Source: Chitinophagaceae bacterium (GTDB lineage Bacteria; Bacteroidota; Bacteroidia; Chitinophagales; Chitinophagaceae). Taken from it: a stretch of 64,000 nt of DNA. Where the stretch lies: contig DASWTK010000052.1 in the NCBI GenBank assembly GCA_036402175.1, positions 4,146 through 68,145 on the forward strand. Direction: 5' to 3'. The position numbers and the translations under genes were made by a program. The notes under the pieces are model-generated. The model was not told the DNA's origin, ran no database searches, and worked only from the letters and a program-made list of their open reading frames with translations. Positions 57,239-64,000 of this stretch are shown here, in pieces (the first letter of the stretch is position 1; every line of letters begins with the position of its first letter).

Positions 57239-58147
57239 ATGAACGGGATTGATAAGAAATATCATGGCATTTTCTACATGCTGCTGGCAGCAATGGGGTT
57301 TTCTATTATGGGCGGCGCCGCGAAAGTTTTGAAAGACTCGTTTAATGCCGGTCAGTTGGTGTTTTACAGAAATGCTGTAGGAATGATTTTCCTGTTGATT
57401 GGATTTGCACGCAAACCACCCGTAAATAAAGGTGGCAAATTGTCGTGGCTCGCATTCAGGGGCATAATGGGAACGATCGCATTGTATACCCTGCTGTACT
57501 GCATACTTCACATGCCTCTTGGAACGGCAATGACCTATAACCTTACTTCAGCCATTTTCATTGCTGTATTCTCATTTCTATTGTTTGGCGAATACCACGG
57601 CCTCCGTGTACTGGCAGCAGTGCTTATAGGATTTGCGGGCATGCTCCTTATTTATAAGCCAAACATGCACCTGCCGATTCCTTATCACCTGGCCGGACTG
57701 GTTTCGGGCATTACCTCAGCGCTGGCGTATATGACCGTTGGAAAAATTGCCCCTTTTTACGACGCAAGGATGATTGTCTTATCGTTCCTGTTTTTCGGAT
57801 TGGCGGTTCCATCCGTTTCTATGCTGCTTCATTACGGCGCAGGGCTTCAGGTAGACGGATTGTTTATAATAAACTGGAAATGGCCGGCCAGCAACGAATG
57901 GCTCTTTATTCTGATGATGGGCCTTGCTGCGTTGTTTGGTCAGTATTTCGTTACGAAAGCCTATGGGGCCGATAAAGCAGGTATCGTATCGGCTATCGGT
58001 TATGCGAATATTGTTTTTTCTACAGTCATCGGAATGATGCTGGGCGACGCGTTCCCGGATATCCTGTCATTCACCGGCATCTGCTTAATCATTGGAAGCG
58101 GGATATTGATATCACTTGTAAAACGGCGTACGGGGAAGGCTGCCTGA
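57239..58147 (+). CDS. DMT-superfamily (EamA-type) transporter
   Basis: Ten hydrophobic segments in two EamA-like halves. Confidence 0.7.
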   Translation: MNGIDKKYHGIFYMLLAAMGFSIMGGAAKVLKDSFNAGQLVFYRNAVGMIFLLIGFARKPPVNKGGKLSWLAFRGIMGTIALYTLLYCILHMPLGTAMTYNLTSAIFIAVFSFLLFGEYHGLRVLAAVLIGFAGMLLIYKPNMHLPIPYHLAGLVSGITSALAYMTVGKIAPFYDARMIVLSFLFFGLAVPSVSMLLHYGAGLQVDGLFIINWKWPASNEWLFILMMGLAALFGQYFVTKAYGADKAGIVSAIGYANIVFSTVIGMMLGDAFPDILSFTGICLIIGSGILISLVKRRTGKAA

Positions 58148-58174
58148 GCAGGTAATAAAAAAAGTCAAAAAAGA

Positions 58175-58207
58175 TTTGGAACTTCAATTCCCTTCATCGT
58201 ATATTTG
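58175..58207 (+). promoter_or_regulatory. Candidate ars promoter: TTTG - 21 nt - TATATTTG
   Basis: -33-like TTTG at 58175-58178 and an exact TAnnTTTG at 58200-58207; spacing fits the Bacteroidota consensus as I recall it. Confidence 0.45.
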
Positions 58208-58278
58208 CGATATGTATTTGAATAATGGCGCCACCCGCGTCATTTTTTTAGAACATATTCATCGTAAATAAACGATAA
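58194..58278 (+). promoter_or_regulatory. Two related 20-nt dyad-like sites (candidate ArsR operators)
   Basis: TCATCGTATATTTGCGATAT (58194-58213, overlapping the -7 box) and TCATCGTAAATAAACGATAA (58259-58278, abutting the arsR ATG). Each contains an ATCG-N-CGAT dyad. Confidence 0.4.
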
Positions 58279-58614
58279 ATGGCTATCAACAAAAAAGAAG
58301 AGTTCACCAAAAAAGAACAGGAGCTGTCGGCCTTTGCAAAAGCGCTGGCCCATCCTGCGCGAATAGCGATACTAAAGGTACTTGCGCAGCGGAATGAATG
58401 CATATGCGGAGAGATCGTTGATATCCTTCCCCTGGCGCAGTCAACCGTTTCGCAGCATCTGAAAGAATTAAAGGAAGCCGGATTGTTTGATGGCTCGGTA
58501 GATGGTCCGCGATCCTGCTATTGCATAAACTGGAAAGCGTTCGAAAAATTCTCCTCGGAATTCAATTCACTTTTCAATACCCTGAAAGTTAATAATGAAA
58601 AAGCGTGTTGTTAA
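58279..58614 (+). CDS. arsR: ArsR/SmtB-family metalloregulator
   Basis: ALAHPARIAILKVL...ECICGEIVD...STVSQHLKELKEAGL winged-helix pattern with a CxC site. Confidence 0.85.
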   Translation: MAINKKEEFTKKEQELSAFAKALAHPARIAILKVLAQRNECICGEIVDILPLAQSTVSQHLKELKEAGLFDGSVDGPRSCYCINWKAFEKFSSEFNSLFNTLKVNNEKACC

Positions 58615-58641
58615 TTACTAAAATAAAATAAAGCGATTACC

Positions 58642-59496
58642 ATGAATACATCCACAGAGCTTAAGCAGATCGTAAAGGAAAAGTATGGTGAAATTGCACT
58701 CCAGAGCCGCGAGCAGAATGCAACTTCATGTTGTGGCGCTACCGGATGCGGAACTACTGATGTGTACAACATCATGGCCGACGATTACACCAAACTGGAA
58801 GGATACAATGCCGATGCTGACCTGGGACTTGGATGCGGACTGCCTACGGAATTTGCGCAGATCCGTGAGGGCAATGTTGTTATTGATCTGGGAAGCGGGG
58901 CGGGCAATGATTGCTTCATTGCAAGAAGATTTACGGGAGAAAAGGGAAAGGTCATTGGCGTTGATTTTACAGAAGCAATGGTTGAACGTGCAAGGGAAAA
59001 TGCAGAGAAAGCAGGGTTCAACAATGTGGAGTTCAGGCTGGGCGATATTGAAAGCCTGCCGGTGACTGCCAATCGGGCCGACGTTATTATCAGTAATTGT
59101 GTTTTGAACCTGGTCCCGAATAAACACAAGGTCTTCAGCGAAATTTATCGTGTGCTGAAGCCTGGCGGGCATTTTTCAATTTCCGATATCGTGCTTGACG
59201 GAACTTTGCCCGATCGACTAAGGCAGGCCGCTGAAATGTACGCGGGTTGCGTTTCGGGTGCTATCCAGGAGAAAGAATATCTGGCCATTATTGAAGAAGC
59301 GGGATTTGTGAACATGAATGTGCAGAAAAGAAAAAGGATCATCGTACCCGACGAAATTTTACTGAACTACCTGCCGGAAGAAGCGTTGCAGGATTTGAAA
59401 AAAAGTGAAATGGGAATTTACAGCATCACGGTATACGCGGAGAAACCAGCAAAGGACGATCGGGCCTGCTGTGAACCGGGAAGCGGATGCTGCTGA
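58642..59496 (+). CDS. arsM: Arsenite S-adenosylmethionine methyltransferase
   Basis: N-terminal SCCG..GCG cysteines, SAM motif VIDLGSGAGNDCF, conserved GCVSGA, and a Cys-rich tail ACCEPGSGCC. Confidence 0.85.
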   Translation: MNTSTELKQIVKEKYGEIALQSREQNATSCCGATGCGTTDVYNIMADDYTKLEGYNADADLGLGCGLPTEFAQIREGNVVIDLGSGAGNDCFIARRFTGEKGKVIGVDFTEAMVERARENAEKAGFNNVEFRLGDIESLPVTANRADVIISNCVLNLVPNKHKVFSEIYRVLKPGGHFSISDIVLDGTLPDRLRQAAEMYAGCVSGAIQEKEYLAIIEEAGFVNMNVQKRKRIIVPDEILLNYLPEEALQDLKKSEMGIYSITVYAEKPAKDDRACCEPGSGCC

Positions 59497-59528
59497 CAAT
59501 TTGTTTTCTTAATCATAAACATAAAGCC

Positions 59529-59606
59529 ATGAAAGCAAATCAAAAAGATCCTGGTTGCTGCGGATCGGGCAGCACATGCGGCTGCGGCCAGACAGGATGT
59601 TGCTAA
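59529..59606 (+). CDS. Unannotated 25-codon cysteine-rich micro-ORF (MKANQKDPGCCGSGSTCGCGQTGCC) in the ars transcription unit
   Basis: Own translation: ATG 59529, TAA 59604-59606, 6 Cys in 25 residues. It starts 32 nt after the arsM stop. The only hairpin terminator lies after it (59613-59641). It is below the 60-aa cutoff of the ORF track. Confidence 0.4.
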   Translation: MKANQKDPGCCGSGSTCGCGQTGCC

Positions 59607-59612
59607 AAAGCA

Positions 59613-59654
59613 GAAGCCAGCGGTGTTAAGCCGTTGGCTTCATCATTTATATTT
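59613..59654 (+). terminator. Terminator hairpin closing the arsR-arsM-microORF unit
   Basis: 11-bp stem GAAGCCAGCGG / CCGTTGGCTTC (one G-U pair), 7-nt loop, then T-rich ATCATTTATATTT. Confidence 0.55.
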
Positions 59655-59655
59655 G
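59648..59655 (+). promoter_or_regulatory. -7 promoter box TATATTTG abutting the HAD hydrolase start
   Basis: Exact TAnnTTTG, 4 nt before the ATG at 59660. Confidence 0.35.
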
Positions 59656-59659
59656 CACA

Positions 59660-60271
59660 ATGGAAAGTATCAACACAATTGTATTTGATCTTGGCGGTGT
59701 TCTCATTGACTGGAACCCGGATTATGTTTACAGGACAATTTTTGAGGATGAAGAAAAGATGCGCTGGTTCTACAATAACATCTGCACACCGGCCTGGAAT
59801 GAAGAACAGGACGCTGGCCGTTCGCTGAGCGAAGCAACTGAACAACTGGTAACGCAGTTTCCCGATCACGAAGAAAATATCCGCGCTTATTATGATCGTT
59901 GGGAAGAGATGCTTGGCGGACCAATTCACGGCACCGTTGAGATCTTCCGTAAACTGAAGAATGAAACAGACTGCAGGTTATATGCGCTGACCAACTGGAG
60001 TCATGAAACTTTTCCGGTTGCGCTGGAGCGGTACGACTTTCTTCATTGGTTTGATGGACGCCTGGTTTCGGGCGAGGAGAAAACAAGAAAACCATTTGTA
60101 GAAATATATGAGCTGCTGATCGACAGGTTCAATATTCTGCCACAACAGTCAATTTACATAGACGATAATGTTCGCAATCTGGAACCCGCTGCCGCCCTGG
60201 GTTTCCGCACCATTCACTTCAGATCTCCGGAGCAATTAAGAGACGAACTGGGCAGGTACAGGATTGAATAA
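59660..60271 (+). CDS. HAD-superfamily hydrolase (subfamily IA-like)
   Basis: VFDLGGVLIDW (DxG nucleophile motif), LTNWS, and IYIDDNVRN motifs. Confidence 0.8.
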   Translation: MESINTIVFDLGGVLIDWNPDYVYRTIFEDEEKMRWFYNNICTPAWNEEQDAGRSLSEATEQLVTQFPDHEENIRAYYDRWEEMLGGPIHGTVEIFRKLKNETDCRLYALTNWSHETFPVALERYDFLHWFDGRLVSGEEKTRKPFVEIYELLIDRFNILPQQSIYIDDNVRNLEPAAALGFRTIHFRSPEQLRDELGRYRIE

Positions 60272-60429
60272 AACGCCTCCCGCCGGTTTTCAAATCAGGA
60301 TCAAATCCCCCTAAAAAGAGGATCAAAACTTCAGACTTTGTTAAACAACTTATGTCGGTTATCCTTTAACGTTTTATAGCAGGGCCCGGTACTGAATTTG
60401 CCCTTTTCATGCAAAGGAATCAATTTAAC

Positions 60430-61569
60430 ATGAAAAGGATAACAGGGTTATTGATGATGACTGTTTCCATCAGTTTGCTGGTTTCCTGCGGATCAGTAGG
60501 TGGGTTCAAAGCATCATCCAAAGAAGACAAGGATTTGTTCAAAGCCATTAAGGCAATTGAAAAATCAAATCATGCCGAAGCCAGGAAAGACCTGCCGGGC
60601 CTGTACCAGCAATCGGTGCAAAGGCGTGAGCTTGCCATCACATCTTACAAAAATTCAAATTCTCCAGAGCGCTGGCCGAAAATAGTGGCGGAGCTTGAAG
60701 CGCTTCAGAATATTTACGCTGCAATCAATTCATCTCCTGCGGTTGCCAGACTGGTACCGGCTCAGGATTATACGACCCAAATCCGCGAAGCGAGAGAAAA
60801 GGGAGCCGAAGAATATTATGAAAGAGGTGTGGAATACCTCAAAGTTGACGACCGTCTGAACGCACGCAGGGCATATGATGCATTCAATGCCGCTAACCGC
60901 CTGTATCCTAATTACAGGAATGCATCTTCACTAATGAGTGAAGCGCGTGAAAGATCAATACTCGACGTGGTGATCAATCCGATACTTTCAAGAGGTTATG
61001 TTTACGGTAACGCAGGCTTCAGAACCGACAATTTTCAGCGTGACCTTGTACGCGACCTGGGAGGTTCTTATAACAATGGATCGGGCAGCGCGAGATTTTA
61101 TACAGATTGGGAAGCCCGGAGCAGGAATGTTGATCCCGATTGGATCATTGACCTGAATTGGGATAACGTATACATTTCACCTTCAAGAGATCGCAGTTAT
61201 ACCCGCCAGGTGAGTAAGGATATTCAGATTGGAAAGGATACCAGCGGAAAGCCGGTTTACAAGACCGTGAGCGCAACGCTATATATCACTCAACGAACAG
61301 TAAATGCGAGGGCAGATATGGAATACCGTGTTACAGATCTGGCTCAGCGGTCAGATGTTGAATGGAACAGGATACCAGCTTACCTTGACATGAATATTGA
61401 ACAGGCAACTTACAGGGGCGACTCAAGAGCGTTGAGCGAGTACGACTGGGCACTGATCAATAACAGCAGGCAATACAGGTATGTAAATGAATCTGATATA
61501 ATGGACGCTATGTATGCAAGGGTATATCCTCAGTTACGAAGCCGGATTGAGACACTCACAAGATGGTAA
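60430..61569 (+). CDS. Hypothetical lipoprotein
   Basis: Lipobox LLVSCGS after the ATG at 60430; no family recognised. Confidence 0.5.
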   Translation: MKRITGLLMMTVSISLLVSCGSVGGFKASSKEDKDLFKAIKAIEKSNHAEARKDLPGLYQQSVQRRELAITSYKNSNSPERWPKIVAELEALQNIYAAINSSPAVARLVPAQDYTTQIREAREKGAEEYYERGVEYLKVDDRLNARRAYDAFNAANRLYPNYRNASSLMSEARERSILDVVINPILSRGYVYGNAGFRTDNFQRDLVRDLGGSYNNGSGSARFYTDWEARSRNVDPDWIIDLNWDNVYISPSRDRSYTRQVSKDIQIGKDTSGKPVYKTVSATLYITQRTVNARADMEYRVTDLAQRSDVEWNRIPAYLDMNIEQATYRGDSRALSEYDWALINNSRQYRYVNESDIMDAMYARVYPQLRSRIETLTRW

Positions 61570-61602
61570 TGAATTTTAGTTGAACGGCTATAGGCACAAA
61601 CA

Positions 61603-61632
61603 AACAGCCCCACATTCATGCGGGGCTGTTTT
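61603..61632. terminator. Bidirectional terminator between convergent genes
   Basis: AACAGCCCC (61603-61611) / GGGGCTGTT (61622-61630), with T-runs on both strands. Confidence 0.75.
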
Positions 61633-61654
61633 ATTATTCAGAGGGGTTAATTTG

Positions 61655-62263
61655 TTATTGCCTTGTCAGAGACTTTGGAGAGGTAGGGGTTAGCCCGCTT
61701 GTTTGCACCAGTAAAGACTTCTCGCCATGGAAAACGGTATCGTTCGATACCCTTGTTTTTAAATGGGGTGATGTACGGTTGCTCACATAATATCCTTTGA
61801 ATGGATTCTTATCATTTTCTTCAAATGAGGGATTTGTGATATCAAGTTGAATCCAGTCATTCTCCTCTTTTATGTAAAACTGAACGTGGTCGAAGTAAAA
61901 ATCACCGTTTCCATTCACGGCCGAATAAAACCAGAGTTTCCACGCTTCCGAGGGGACAATACCGGAAATGGTATAAATAGTCCAGCCATTCTCAGTAACG
62001 GTTTCTTTTGTAAAACTTGAATTGTTTATAAAGTCATCCATTCCCTTGCCGGCAGCTACTCCATTTATCCGGACCTTGGAAAATGTATCTGCGGGTAATG
62101 CCTTTACAGCAATCTGGTATTTGAATTCTTTTCCGCGCAGTTCTTTTGCGGGGACTTCTTTTACAAAATACATTTCGTCGGGGAAGTAAAACCAGTCGGC
62201 CTGACTGAAGGCGGAAAATTGAAAACCGGCCACTACCAGGACAGAGAGTATTAGTTTTTTCAT
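61655..62263 (-). CDS. Secreted hypothetical protein
   Basis: Signal peptide MKKLILSVLVVAGFQFSAFSQ (ATG at 62263); beta-rich; no family recognised. Confidence 0.45.
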   Translation of the reverse strand: MKKLILSVLVVAGFQFSAFSQADWFYFPDEMYFVKEVPAKELRGKEFKYQIAVKALPADTFSKVRINGVAAGKGMDDFINNSSFTKETVTENGWTIYTISGIVPSEAWKLWFYSAVNGNGDFYFDHVQFYIKEENDWIQLDITNPSFEENDKNPFKGYYVSNRTSPHLKTRVSNDTVFHGEKSLLVQTSGLTPTSPKSLTRQ

Positions 62264-62314
62264 GAGGGTTGGATTGGATTCCATGAAAAGAACGCCTAAA
62301 CAGGTTGTTTTATT

Positions 62315-63616
62315 TTGATTCAAAACAGTGCTGGCACTTTGTTTGGGGCATCTTTATCAGTGAGACCGGTTAGCCAGTTTAAAATATTCGCGTTTTGCCT
62401 GCTGACATTGCCTTCATGCGGGCAAAACCGCTATGAATCCAACCCGGAGCACATTATAAAGCCCGTAAATACAGAGAATAAGACAGTTGCGATTCAGGAA
62501 AAAAAACAATACAGGTTCCCTGAAAGTACATTGACGGTAGATAACGAGTTTGAAGGCGCCCGGCTTAACGGTGCCAGCTTGACAGGAAACACCCTGAGTT
62601 TGATCATCGAGCCTGAAAACGTTCCGATAAACGGCAGTAGCTGGTATGCGTTCAGAATTACCTCCCGGAAAAAGCAAATGATCACTATTGAACTCAATTA
62701 CAGCCAGGCAAGTCACCGATACCAGCCTAAATGGAGCAGTAATGGTGTAAGCTGGAAACCGGTTGACAAAAAACTGATCCGGCAGGACAATGAAGGCAGG
62801 AAAGTATGGTTTGATTTGAGGGTTCCTGCCGGAACCCTTTGGATCGCTGGCCAGGAGGTGATACCATCGGGTAAGGTTATTGGCTGGTGCCGAAAAATGG
62901 ACAGATGGTCCAGGGTCAGGTACAGCATAATAGGTACTTCCGTAATGGATCGGGTTATTCCATGCCTGGATATTTATGAAGGCAAGAAGGAAAATAAACA
63001 AATCATTGCCATTCTTGGCCGGCAGCATCCGCCTGAAGTAACGGGATATTTTGCTTTACAGGAATTTGTGGAGCGTTTGCTAAGACACGAAAACGCTTCA
63101 TTGTTTTTTAGAAAATACCGTGTCATCGTATTGCCGCTGATAAATCCCGATGGTGTTGACATGGGTCATTGGCGGCACAATGCGAACGGGGTGGATCTGA
63201 ACCGTGATTATGCGCAGTATCACCAACCTGAAATAAAAGCTGTGAAAGATGCACTTGTGGAAGCTGCAGCAGAAAGTAAGTCAACTGTTTTAATGGGATT
63301 GGATTTCCATTCAACGTATGAAGACGTTTTTTATACCAACAGGGAGGACAAAGGAGTAAACTCGGCACATATCAAGGATGCATGGCTGGCATCGATTCAA
63401 AAAAAGCTAAAGCAGCATAATTATAAACTGAAAGAAGAAAAGCACAGTGTATACAGTAACGCATCGGCGCAACACTGGTTTTATCATGAATTCAAGGCGG
63501 TTGGCATCACGTATGAAATTGGCGATGATACGCCAAGGGAATTTATAACGGTTAAGGCCAGGGCCTCGGCCGACGCGCTCATTAGCATTCTACTTAAAGA
63601 GCTGGTAAACAAGTAG
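62315..63616 (+). CDS. M14-family zinc carboxypeptidase-like protein
   Basis: GRQHPPEVTG (HxxE zinc site), NPDGV, and GLDFHS motifs. The start is uncertain (TTG 62315, or an internal GTG before the lipobox-like LTLPSCG). Confidence 0.6.
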   Translation: MIQNSAGTLFGASLSVRPVSQFKIFAFCLLTLPSCGQNRYESNPEHIIKPVNTENKTVAIQEKKQYRFPESTLTVDNEFEGARLNGASLTGNTLSLIIEPENVPINGSSWYAFRITSRKKQMITIELNYSQASHRYQPKWSSNGVSWKPVDKKLIRQDNEGRKVWFDLRVPAGTLWIAGQEVIPSGKVIGWCRKMDRWSRVRYSIIGTSVMDRVIPCLDIYEGKKENKQIIAILGRQHPPEVTGYFALQEFVERLLRHENASLFFRKYRVIVLPLINPDGVDMGHWRHNANGVDLNRDYAQYHQPEIKAVKDALVEAAAESKSTVLMGLDFHSTYEDVFYTNREDKGVNSAHIKDAWLASIQKKLKQHNYKLKEEKHSVYSNASAQHWFYHEFKAVGITYEIGDDTPREFITVKARASADALISILLKELVNK

Positions 63617-64000
63617 GCTCATAAGATAGGCAAGGCCGGTCATATATAGCAATTGAATAAGGGGCCACTTCCAGCTGCGTGTTTCGCGTTTAACAATAGC
63701 AAGTGTGCTCATACATTGCATGGCAAATACGTAAAAGATCATAAGGGAAAGACCAGTAGCCAGCGTATAAACTTTTGAGCCGTCGGGTCTTTTAGCCTGT
63801 TGCATTTTTTCGCGAAGCAGTAAACTTTCCTCGGATTCGTTTTCGCCTACGCTGTAAAGTGTTGCCATGGTGCCTACAAACACCTCACGGGCGGCGAAGG
63901 ATGTAATCAGTGCGATGCCGATTTTCCAATCGTAACCCAGCGGCCTGATTGCCGGTTCAATTGACTTACCGAGTATACCCGCATAGGAATTTTCAAGCAT
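63590..64000 (-). CDS. feoB: Ferrous iron transporter FeoB, C-terminal fragment (gene continues past right edge)
   Basis: Membrane-domain blocks AGILGKSIEPAIRPLGYDWKIGIALITSFAAREVFVGTMATLY typical of the FeoB C-terminus; the ORF is open at position 64000. Confidence 0.75.
   Translation of the reverse strand: MLENSYAGILGKSIEPAIRPLGYDWKIGIALITSFAAREVFVGTMATLYSVGENESEESLLLREKMQQAKRPDGSKVYTLATGLSLMIFYVFAMQCMSTLAIVKRETRSWKWPLIQLLYMTGLAYLMSLLVYQLFK

Noticed and set aside
1-64000. Mobile elements, prophage, defence islands, toxin-antitoxin pairs, rRNA/tRNA genes
   Set aside because: I scanned all ORF translations and the longer spacers. No integrase, transposase, recombinase, phage, restriction-modification, Cas or toxin-like proteins were seen, and no cloverleaf-like or rRNA-like sequences.

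Overview
Compact chromosomal segment made up almost entirely of housekeeping genes. It looks Bacteroidota-like (Chitinophagia/Sphingobacteriia-type gene content; TAnnTTTG -7 promoter boxes in front of several genes); this taxonomic call is an inference from the sequence only. About 63 protein genes can be supported:
- Fe-S and NAD metabolism: nifU-like, pnuC plus a NadR-type kinase, nadA, nadD.
- Envelope/LPS: mtgA, GT39, GT2, LpxR-like, kdsB plus an Fe-ADH.
- DNA functions: ada, recX, dnaN.
- Translation: ybeY, mnmG, cysS.
- Regulation and resistance: a propeller-type histidine kinase with a LuxR-type regulator, and an arsR-arsM module.
- Transport: LysE, CorA, ChrA, EamA, FeoA, and a FeoB fragment.
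- Hydrolases: three beta-lactamase-fold proteins and several peptidases.

I found no rRNA, tRNA, CRISPR array, transposase, integrase or recognisable defence genes, so most of the window is ordinary core genome.

The real outliers are non-coding or very small:
1. An ORF-free block of about 1 kb between ybeY and mnmG. It holds seven degenerate ~108-bp tandem repeats, is preceded by a very GGA-dense purine tract, and is bounded by an imperfect 18-19-nt direct repeat.
2. An unannotated 25-codon Cys-rich ORF inside the arsR-arsM transcription unit.
3. A 575-bp ORF-free divergent spacer upstream of nadA. It carries DnaA-box-like 9-mers, an AT-rich end, and a promoter/terminator pair on the minus strand that could delimit a small transcript.

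Lesser points:
- A protease and its neighbour share a homologous domain.
- One beta-lactamase-fold protein has a degenerate catalytic motif.
- kdsB is paired with an Fe-alcohol-dehydrogenase (KdnB-like).

All functional calls come from motif recognition by eye; no database search was run.
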